Assembly (NCBI GenBank): GCA_037379345.1
Contig: CM074521.1
Span: forward strand, 19,554,704-19,618,703
Reading direction: 5' to 3'
DNA: 64,000 bases
Source: Perna viridis
Lineage: Eukaryota
Below, piece after piece: positions 24,101 to 36,100 of the stretch. Both the position numbers and the translations under genes were made by a program. The notes beneath the pieces are model-generated. The model was not told where the DNA came from and did not search any database. It worked only from the letters and a program-made list of their open reading frames with translations. Within the stretch, counting starts at the first letter, position 1; every line of letters begins with the position of its first letter.

Positions 24101-27100
24101 AAACAAGGTCTTTTGCAGGACTTTTTATTCAAGAGTGTTTAAGTCTGCCAGTTTTGAAAGGATTATTGAATGATGAGCTAAAAACTCCAGAACATTTGAA
24201 TTCTCATTCTCATGCCTTTTTCTTGGGTGAAATGGAGTTGAAATATTTTTTCATTTCCACTGATTTATTTTGGGGTCAAATAGGAAATTACGATGATAAC
24301 TTGTACATGCACAAATGAGGCTAGGTATCCATTCCATATACCCATTTTATAGTTTACAAAATGCCCTTATTTTATTTGTTCAGGAATAACTACCCTGGAT
24401 TACTGTAAATGTTTTTACTTTTGTGATGGACAGATTACTGCGAAAAAGTAGTATGTGCAAAATTAATCTTTAACGCATATTGCTTTTCTCCTTTTTTTTA
24501 ACCACAAATATTAGCAATAACAAAAATTAATATGTTTACAGAGTTATTTTCTGGTCCATTTCTTTTCCAACATTGTTTAAATCATTCATAAATAATATAA
24601 TTGAATGTGTCTACAACCTGTTACTTCCTGTATCAGGGGTGTCAATGTATAAATCCTATTGACCATACAATCGTTTAAGATGCTTCAATTCTGTTTTCTG
24701 TCTTTTTCAGTTTTCGCTGGAATCTGATATAGACAAATTAGATATAGAAGATTTAGGTAAGTTTGATCAATGTACTAGTTGAAAGTCTTATCTTTTAAGG
24801 GTTTACTCTTGTGGTGTCACATAGAAATTTGTGTTCTTGACCTTTCCGACAACCCTTAACATGACTGTAGCCATGTAAAAATGTGAATTGAAAACAAATA
24901 CTCGACTGTTTAAAATCTGCTTAGAGGTTTTACAGTGGACTTAAAAGTTTCTTGCCCTACTTAATGTATTAGGTCATGTCTGTAACCTTGTTTGAACTTA
25001 AAACTTCATTCCTTCTTAGCAAGTTCTAGGGGTTTTTCTTATTATACACTCCTTGAGACGTTCACGTTTCCTATTTTAGCGTTCATACATCATTTACCGT
25101 GCATTTACACATCGTTTTGCGTTCGTTTGATTATATAAATTAATTATAGCAAAAAATGTAAAAATAAGAAAAATCCCTAGAACTTGCTAAGGAGGAATTG
25201 ATTATTTCCTTGATTTAGCTGTTATTTTTATATTTTTTGCTATAATTAATTTATATAATTTCACTAATTTTATTTTCTATCATTTTCTGTCTTCATTATA
25301 TGTCAGTATTATTATTTTTCGTTGTTTGTCTATCGTGCGTTTAAACGCATGCTAGGAGGGTTCTTTCATCTTGCGTTTAAATGCACGTTGGAAGCATTCT
25401 TTATTGTGCATTTAAATGCATGATAAACGAACGCTCCTATCGTGCGTTTAAATGCACAATATAGAACGCTCCCAGCGTGCGTTGAAACCCACAAAAGATG
25501 AACGATGGGAAAATAATAATACTGACATAAGAATAGAAGCGTTCGTTTATCGTGCGTGCAGGAAACCTAAACATCTCACGGAATGTACCTGTTCACATTT
25601 GTATTTACTAGGGATTCTAAGTTGAATCAACATAAATGCATTAATGCATTTTTTTTTTTTTTTGATTGGCTGTAAGTAGTTTTGTGGTAAAATATAAACT
25701 TTTTCTATTCTGATGCAATGGAAGTACTTTTCTTCATGGGTTCAAGTAAAAATCTCCTAGATTCTAGTATACATTTAAACCTAAAAGTCCTTTAAAAATT
25801 ATCCTACGAGAATGGTCATGTTTTGGAGATAATTGAAAACATGTGACAATTTCAAGGTGAAAGAAAAGAAAGGACAATCGTGTTACAGGATGACATTGAA
25901 TAGGTGACACAGTTATATAATTCATATAGAGAAATGACAAGGTACAGACACTGAATATTACATGCCACAATCTGTATCTTATGCCATATCAACCATAGAC
26001 TGCTTTATCTCCCCATGGGTCACTGACTGAGAGGGGGATATGGGTCAATCAAGGGTTTGTATGAGTTACGAGTTACTGTAAAGTTTGTTAAGTCCAGGCT
26101 GCAGTACTACAAAATTTGAAAAAAATTACTTGAGTCTAAGAAAATTCATAACATCATTAATTTCAAAGATAAGAGTTACCATGGAAGTTAAGAACATTCT
26201 TAGAATGAAGAATTTTTTCGAGTTTTGTGGGGCTCGGAGCCAGGACTTAGGTAGATGAAATTTCAATGTTCATGCATCTGAGACCTCGGACCAACTCTAA
26301 TTTAAATCCCTGTAACAGTCCTTATTTTAGAAAATCTTCAAAATATGAGGATTTACCTACCTTATCTGTTAGGAACAGAAATTAGCACGAAAACAATTAT
26401 TTTTCGAATACTTTGTTTAAACTTCTTGTTTCTTTATCATTTTCAATAGGCTTGATAAAGTATTACTAAAAGAGTTGTTGGTCACAGAAAGTTTTGCATT
26501 CTTTGAACTTTGTTCTTTACATATAGATAAAAACTAAACTTCTGTATTCATTCAAAGGACTAGACATTTTTAAAATAAAAATTAGAGCTTATTAGCTTTT
26601 GGTAAAGACACCGGTAATTGTTTCATACAACATAATACATAAATGTTTTCGATCATGTTTCAAAGTCTTCCAGTTCTTTGATATGCTGCATCTGCATATA
26701 ACTGCATTGAAATTCTCATCTGTTCATGTCTACCTTATGAATTATCTGAGAACATGGACTTGTCTAACAACTGTCTAGAATAAAATGTTATTGAACTTGG
26801 TGACCACTTATAGATTCTTACTATCAAGAAACTTAAATATTTTTTGTTGACAATAGATCTGTGTCATATCTCAGTGGTCATAGGTTGACAATAGATATCT
26901 CATATCTCAGTGGTCATTGGTTAACAATTGATCTCTCATATCCCAGTGGTCATTTGTTGACAATAGATCTCTCATATCTCAGTGGTCATTGGTTGACAAT
27001 TGATCTCTCATATCTCAGTGGTCATTGGTTGACAGTAGATACCTCATATTCCAGTTCTCATTGGTTGACAATAGATCTCTCATATCTCAGTGGTCATTGG

Positions 27101-30100
27101 TTGACAGTAGATACCTCATATTCCAGTTGTCATAGGTTGACAATAGATCTCTCATATCTCAGTGGTCATTGGTTGACAATAGATCTCTCATATCCCAGTG
27201 GTCATTGGTTGACAATTGATCTCTCATATCTCAGTTGTCATTGGTTGACAATAGATCTCTCATATCTCAGTGGTCATTGGTTGACAATAGATCTCTCATA
27301 TCTCAATTGTCATTGGTTGACAAAAGATCTCTCATATCTCAGTGGTCATTGGTTGACAATTGATCTCTCATATTCCTGTGGTCATTGGTTGACAGTAGAT
27401 ATCTCATATCTCAGTGATCATTGGTTGACAATAGATCTGTCATATTATTGTTTGTTGGTTGACAGTAGATCTCTCATATTGCAGAAGTCTTTTGTTGACA
27501 ATAGATCTGTCATATTCCTGTGGTCAGAGGTAGAAAACAAAAAATTTGGGTAACCCAATGAACGTGATCTGTTCAGTGTTGTAGGATTTTTTTAGGTCAA
27601 CTTTCCAACGGAAAGTCATTACTCGAAATCTACTTTCCCAGTCAGTATAGTAACTTTCCCTGATATTTTTAAGGTTATTGCTTTTGTTTGTGTTTTGAAT
27701 ACAAATTAGTCATGTCCTTTTATCATGAGGTGAAGAAAACCATAGTTTAGATACATAATGGTATCTTTTTATTGCCCCTGGAAATGCCAGGCGTCCGTTC
27801 CGTCCACATTTTCCACACTTTTTTTATGCTTTTACCAAATAAGTTTGTATTTGGTATGTTGCCTTATTATGAAGAGTTACAGATTAAGTTTGACTTTGGT
27901 TATGGTTGAATGATTTTTGGCCCTTGGACTTTGAAAATTTCAGTGAATTAACAGTTTTCTGCATTTTTTTGTAATGCTTTTACCAATTGATTTTATATTT
28001 TGTATGTAGTCTTACTATGAGAAGTTACAGATTAAATTTGACTTTCGTTATGATTGAATGATTTTACAGAAGTTATGGCCCTTGGACTTAGAAAATTTCA
28101 GTGAATTTCAAAGTTTTCCTCATTTTTTTTTCTTTCGCGGGGGACATTGGACCGCTGTTCTTTTATTTTATTTAACATATGAACAAATTGAATTAACACT
28201 CAAAATTAACTTTTCTTCCGATTCATTTCAAATCATTTGAATTTTCCCACGAAATATACTTTAATAATAAAATACAAGTCATTTCCGGTACCGGCACCTT
28301 CATACCTGTCACTGATTTCAGAGTCTTAAAAATTTCTCATTAAGACCATTAATGCAACCTTTTTGATCATGAAATATATGTGAATCCAGGTTGTATTCCA
28401 TTTACAATTTCATATTATAATGATGGCTATTGTTAGACACTTTATTGCAAGCGCTAAAATAATGTAGACGAAAAAAGTCATGTTGTCGAATCGTGAGTAA
28501 AAACACACAAATTTGTTAGTGAACCTTTCTTAAAAAGGAATTTGGGATCTATTTGTGATAAATCAGAGTGATTTTATTCTAAAAAAATAAACTACAGGCA
28601 GATTTTACTTGCCCACAGACAGCTAACATCTACTTTTAAACTTTCCCAACCCTATGAAGCACTTTCCACAGGAAATGGTAATCCTAGAACACTGCTGTTT
28701 GATTTTGACTTACCCATTGTGACATTTGCTAGCTGCATGCCAGCAGGAGAGTGCTTTATAGAACTTCTAGTGGTAATAATTCTTGAGCTTTACATTGCTA
28801 TCTGTCTACCTTATAGAGTTTGTTACTTGGCCTTCATATACTCACTGTAGTCAGGGTCAAAGTTCATGTTGACATTGTATGTTGTAGATATAGGTCATGT
28901 ATCTTATCTTGGTCATAGTACAGGCATATACAACATTGTTCAATCGGGGTTACATGAAAGTTACTCAGGCCAAGTTAATCCAAATAATTCATGAGACTTG
29001 GTCCAGTTGTTGAAGTTGTGCAACTAGAATAACTTATCCATTGTGCAGTAGGGAAGAATTGAACATCAGGGACCTAAAAGACTTAGTCTGATATTTTAAT
29101 TGAATGCTAAGCAAAATGTCCATAACTTGATCTTTGGTTCAGTAACATCTCAAGCCACCTTTATTTGGCTGCATGAACTTCAGTGTCAATTTTGTGTCAG
29201 TAATAATATCTAAGGGCTGTAACTCTCGTGCTGTTTTGTAAAGGAGTTTTGATTTATGGTGCAATAGCTATTAAATAAACCAGTTTACATCACCTAAGGA
29301 CTATAACTCTACTTGAAGTCAATCATTTCTAGGGGTTCTTTTTTTGTGCCTGTATTCCCATGTCTACAGGAGAACTCAGGTCATTAGTTCAGTTTACAGT
29401 TTTATATACGATGGTCTCTTTGTCTATTATTACATTAGCCTTGGTTCTTAAAGTTGTATTTCAGGCATACCTTTAAATATTCATGTTTTTTACACCTGAC
29501 ACCAGTTTCGGTATTTTTTATGCAAAAAATAGAACTCGACATTTTCAATTTTTTTCACAAGTTTTATCTATAAAATCAAATGTATAAGTTTTGTAAATCA
29601 AATGTATATTTTGTATGGTAATGTTGCTAGAGCACACCTGACAAACTGGATTGATATGATCTATAGCAGTTTTATTATTGTCAGTTATATGAAAAATGTA
29701 CAGATCTTGATTTCCAGTGTATATTCATAGATTTAAGCTGATTTAAGATTCAACTTTCACCTTCCGAATACTGCTTTGAAATTTTTTTTGCATCTGCTTG
29801 AGATGTAAATTATATTGGCTTACTGATTTGAGCTTATGAATACTATTTATTTTGTAAGCCCAAAGGAGGAAAGCTTTTGTCCATCTGTAGTGACCCTAGT
29901 CTATAGATTCTACCTGTGATATTGTATCATTATGGAGGTGGAGAACTTTATTTTTTTGGTTCTATTTCACATTATTTCAGGAAACTTCAATCAGTATGTA
30001 ACTAGTAAAATCTTGCCGATTTTCTGTAATACAATTAAGCCTTTCAAAATGCAATTACTGGGTAATATGCCTTTGGCTTGATATTGTTCAGTCATTCAAT

Positions 30101-33100
30101 GTAAAGATATTTCATCTAATTTCAAGTCAATTTCATCAGAAATGCAGAAATTATGTCATAAGCAGTAAAAAATGTAATGCTATTATCATATAGTATTACA
30201 ATGTTTCCTAGTTTTGACAAGAATAGTACAGAGATTTGTCTTTTAAAAGTACATGTGACTGTATATGTTGTTTTAATTATTTTTGGGTTTTTTTTCAGAT
30301 GAAAACACAGAGCAGGCATTTGCAAAGTTTATGCGAGCTCACAAGTGCTATGATTTGATACCCACGAGTGCCAAACTTGTTATTTTTGACACATTATTAA
30401 ATGTAAGTACTTACAGATTTGAAAAGCATGTGTTAGAATAATATAATCAACAAGAAAACTCACAGCTGATATATAGATGTAGTTTCACAAGAAAATGGTA
30501 GACATTGATCATTGGTTTGAGATGGTGGTGCCATGGAGAAAGAAAGTATTGCATGGTCGAATAATCAGTGTTCTATGATTTTCAAAATTCTAGGTTTTCA
30601 CAGGCAAACTCTAAATATAGATTAACTTTCCTATACTTGAAGTTTGCTTGCCAAACTTATCAAATCATTTGAAAAATCCGAGCTTATTACTTGCCAAAGG
30701 GAAAGTTGGGCATAATATACAGCTCTCTTACACCAAAATTGCACTTTTTCTGAGTGATGGGAAAGTGAATTCCTAGAACACTGCATAAGTTGTAATTAAA
30801 GGCAAAATCTGAATTAGTGATGCCCAGTGAATGAAGTGTCTGTAAGTCAGTGTGTGTCATCTGATTGTCTAGGGTTCTGGGCTGCACTGAGAGTCCCAAA
30901 ACATTCATTTGTCTTTCTGTCTATGTGTCTGTCTTACAGCAGGTTTGCCAGAATTGAAGATTTTGTCCCATAAAGAATTAGGTCACATTAGCTGAAAGTA
31001 TTTGCTAGTTTTGACCAGATATGGAAACCCATTAATTTTTTTATGGTTGCTGATTTTCACAGGTTCTGTGAAGTGAACATGTATGCAGGCATCAATTTTC
31101 CCTATTTAAACTTAGCAAGTGCTACCTATTCGCCACAAAATGTGGAGCAGAGCAATATGTTGGCATTGACATATTTTCTTGTTTCATTTCAAGGTTTTGA
31201 TCTTAACTACTTATCAATGAAATTCAATAGCCCCTATCATGGTATGCTGTCATTTAACAAGTGTTATCTAAAGGGTAATATGTGCATTAGTATGCATTTA
31301 AATAATACTTGTGCACTGGCAGGCAAAAAATCTTCATTGAAAGAAATAATTAACCGATATTGTACCATTTAGATAGAGTTTATTGACAAATGTGGGTTAA
31401 AAGAGTCATAATTGTTGTAATAAAGTTAAAATCAATACACTTTATTGGTAAACTAATATTCTTGGATATTCATTTCTAAATGCTAATTAGGTGTTCTCAC
31501 AAAACTTTTTATTCTTTGTAAACTAAAAGTCTTCAGGAATTGTAGAATAGGTAATAGCAGTGTATTGTCTTTTTCCAGAAACCAATAGCTGAAGTGTTCT
31601 CAAAATATAACAAGAATAGTTATGGTGTATTTGTCAAAGAGACAACAAACCCACTGAGATAAGAATGTCAGCTCAAGTCTCTAAAGTTTGCTTGAAGAGG
31701 GGAGTTGTTTAATCACCCTTGTGACCTAAAGAAATGATCTACTCAATATTTACTTAAGTTAATTTGCTTATAAAATGTACAAGGTTCTACATGTTGAAAT
31801 TCTTAGTACTCCTGTTCTTAGCTGGAATCATGCATACCTGTTAACCCTCCCTATTTAGGAGGGAGACTCCCTCTTTTTGGGTCAATCTGCCCTCTTTTAA
31901 AAAGTCTCACATGTTGGACTCACAAGTCTCCCTCTTTCACAAATTTCTCCCCCAGATCTCTTTCTTAGTAGAAATATTGCACAAATTATGTTCTAAATGA
32001 TAGAAATGACGTAGGCTCATTGATGCCTCTTGATGATATCATATTTGTCCCAATGTTTCATATGATTTAAGCATACATGCTCAGGGATAAAAAGGTACCC
32101 ATCAAATATGTTTATAGATTTTCTAAATGTTGATGAGTTCCAAAAAAAAACCAAAAATAAAAAACACCATTTTTTTGCTGCTAACCTATCTCCAAATCCT
32201 GAACACGGACCTGTAAATTGTCTCTTTCTACTAGTGGTTTCTTGTAACAACATATCAGTTAATTAATGACTTCCATACTTCACCATGACTTGTTTTCCGA
32301 CAACTTTTAGCTCAAGTATCTTATTGTTTTGTTATCTTAAGTTAGATATCTCCTCAATATTGTTATGGGTGGTTGTGGTTTTGTAAATACTTCAGTCACT
32401 TGTTAACTCTCCTAAATGTCAAGGTTATTATCATTAATCTAAATACACTTTTTTCCCAGCAACTTACTACAAAATGTTGTATGGTATTTTGGAATGGCAC
32501 ATCTTCATAATATATGATATAAACAATGCTTTTAGGTATAAAATGCAATTAAAAGTGATACTATGGGATATGTGAACTTCAATCAAATTTTGAAACAGAA
32601 TTATCTATAGAGTGAAAATGAAGTAGTTCACATCATTCATTCCATTACAATATTTCAATCCACATTTTACTGTATGTTTTTCTTGCTGTATGGCACTGCT
32701 CCAAAATGCTGAAAAGGATAGAAATGCATAGATTAATTGTTCTTTCAATTGATACTTTTGTTTTTGGCAGCAGATTATGGCTTGGTTTACACGTTGAAAT
32801 CTCATCATGGTCTTGGCACTATTGTAAATATCTGTTACATTGAATGATTTATCAATCTTTAGGTCTCATGGTTTTCTTGTTTATTTTATGTAGTCAGAAA
32901 CATACAACAATGAAGTTGCTTGATATCTGATGAAGTCGGTTTGAAATGAGGAAAACACTATCCTGAGAATTTGAAAATGTTGTAGGTAACTTCAATGGAG
33001 AGTGAAAAAGACAGGTGGTCATTCTGTACTTGTGAATTTTTACATAGAATACACTACATAGGGATATTTTAATAACTTAGTCTTATTAAGAAAGGTTACG

Positions 33101-36100
33101 GTAGCTAAGACAGGTTTGATTCTACATTAACATAGTTTCATTTCATTATCATTATTGTGAATGAGACTGTAATAGACTTGGTTTAATTGGTTTAAATATG
33201 CCAGTACATAATATGGTAAATACAGATGTCAACTGATAATTACCCTGTACATAAGTACAGTACATAAGTACCAGTCCATACAGACACTGCCTATGGTGCA
33301 GAAAATCACATGGATCAGATGACCATGTGTTTTTGGTGTACATATGATATATTTTTATGTGACAATAGTCCTTTCTGTATTTAGATCTGTGGTTTTGAGA
33401 AAACTACACTTTAACCTCCCACTCAAATCAACCAAATCAAACCTTATCAAGAACAATAACTCTTGCGAAGTGCTAATTTCATGTACAGTTTATTTAAATT
33501 TTATCGCAAAGCACAACCCTCAAATGCAAAACCAATACTGAATATGCAATCTATAACAGTTTCTGAACAAGAAATAAAACTGAATCACCTGCTGCCTGAT
33601 TTTTAGAAAGACTGCTACTTAAAACCATATGGTTTGACCTCACTGTGTTAACTCAGAATGGTTAGGGATTTCAACGCAGGACTTATGGTTTTTCTTCACA
33701 ATAAACACTTGAGACTGTTAGGCTGGAGTTAACCAATAAGGTCTTAAAATGCACACTATTTCTTCAATAATACGTGTGACATTTTGATCACAACATTAAA
33801 AGAATTCTTGGCTGAAAAGATCCCATTTCGTTAAAACATATCCTGTATTTGTAACTTCTTTTCATGATGTTGTGTTTAAGACTTGTTTTGTTACGTAATG
33901 TAAGGCATCACTCATTACTGAATATTATTACCCTGGATTTATTCAGAGTAGAAAACTTAGAAACGATATTTTTGTCTCAATTTTTCAAATCTGAAGTGTA
34001 ATTTAATACAATTTGTTAAAGTCTGTATTGGTAACAGACACATGCAGACAAATGTTATGTTATAATTAGATCTTCGTGTATACAGGTCCATATTAATTCT
34101 GTCATACTGTCAAAACCACCTAGGTTTTCTTCCATTTATATTTTGAGTCTGCATGTTTACAGTAAAAAATGGTCAAATTAAAATTTTTAGGTCAATTTAT
34201 ATATGATCAATTAAGATATGAGTACTTTAGACTTTTGTTACTCATTATTCAATATACAGGACAACGATCTGATAGCAATTTAATTTTGTTGAGATCAATC
34301 TTGTTCCTTTTGAAGCTTTTCTCCAATAATTAATAGATACATAAAAGGAAACATTGATATGACCTTTGGGTTTTACCAGGAGTTTTTCCCTTCCTGAATT
34401 GGATTATTAGAATTGTTTTTAATGTAACTTGTGTTAAGATTGAATACTCCCAGATGTCTGAGATAATATGTGGTTTTGACCTTGTAATCCTTTTAAGGTT
34501 AATACAGTTTGTCATGTGTTATCAATCTGTTGGTTCTTCAAAGCTTATAGGTGAAGTTAATTCTAAAGTATCAATCTTTTTAAATATAAGAGAAGAGGTT
34601 ACATATAATGTCCAAAATCAACCAAAGTCTGCTTTCATTACTAAATGAAACAGTTACAGATCACATGACCAGTCTTAATTTGTCGTTCAGTTGTTGCACT
34701 TTTTAGACGATGTAGATTGTAAGATTTATATTGTTCTTTATTTGGTTGATTCAAGAAGGCCATTGGTTTTCTTGTAAATACACCCTATATACAGAAAAGA
34801 CTTCAGATACTTAAGTAGCAGAAACTCTGACACTGCCAATGGTAAAGTGATTGATGGTGTAGAAAAACCCTTCAAACAAACTACTATTTTAGTCTACATG
34901 TGTTTTACTTTCACAAAACAATAATCATTTCTGTATTCAGATCTTCACTTTTTAGAAAATTATACATTTATCTCCCACTAAAATCAACCAAGTGGGAGAT
35001 GAATGCATGGTTTTCTCAAAAATAAGATCAGAATACAGAAAGGACTACTGTGAAAGTACTAATGTTCATGGGGTACCAATTTTTGTGGTTTTTGTGGGTG
35101 AGACAGACCACGAAATTTAGTTCCCAAGGAAGAGCAGATTCCCATTGATATGCATACTGAAAACCTCAAAATCATGAATTCAAGAATCCATGTACTTGTG
35201 TATTTTCCCTAAGCCTCAAAATTAGTATCCACAAATTAAAGAACTTTTACGGTCTTGTAACCTTTAAATTGTAACATACGTATAGAACAAAAAATTATTG
35301 TTCGTTCAGTGGGTTTTTTCTACACCATGAATTACCTGTGTCTGAATTTTATATGGACTGGTACTTAAACTATTTGTATGTAAATCTGTCAAAGCATCAT
35401 TTGCTTGGTGGATTTCTCTGTAACATCTTATTATTGGCAGTGTCTTAACCTTATATGGATTGGTACTTAAGCACTATCAGATTCCAAATGTCTTTCAAAC
35501 AGTCGAACAGTTTTTCAATTTCCTTGTACTTGTGTAAATTTATATTCAGTGAACTATTTCAGTTAGATTAGCATGTACATGCTGAGCTATTTAGCTAACA
35601 GATATTAAGCTGAGTATATTTTACTTCCTGTTTATGTTAATTATTTGCGTACAAGGTGCCATGACAACAGTATTTTTCTCAGCAGTCTACAAAATCAGGG
35701 TTGCATCATGAGCTGGAAGTCCATAACAATCTAGCTAAATTAGATGGAATTATTCCATTACGTGGTCCAAAATTTCCTTGTTCTTTTCTGGTTAATATTA
35801 TATTTAATGCATACAGCTGTGGATATATCCACTGACTTTAAAGTACTTACTTACATAGTGCTTTAGCCCTTTGTTATCTTAAACTGCTTGAGGAGATCTT
35901 TTACTAAAATATAATACATGAATGAAATATTAAGGAACATTAGTCTCTTGAATCTAGATAAGTTTCCTAAAGGGACAGATTTGCCATTTTTGCACAGAGT
36001 TTTACCTAGCTGTACTGCTGTGCCTACTCAACTGATGTTGAAATATCTTGGCGACTTTTACCATATATAAGTTTATGTCTGGGAGGAATATTTTTACAGT

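Noticed and set aside
11157-27525. CRISPR-like arrays
   Set aside because: All arrays are head-to-tail tandem repeats without unique spacers, there are no cas genes, and the context is a eukaryotic intron.
26861-27553. 230-aa ORF as a protein-coding gene
   Set aside because: It is the translation of a 39-bp minisatellite, has a non-ATG start, is intronic and has no recognisable domain.
32927-32960. Hammerhead ribozyme core (CTGATGA...GAAA); also CTGATGA at ~43410
   Set aside because: No convincing stems I-III at 32927. At ~43410 stem II is not followed by GAAA.
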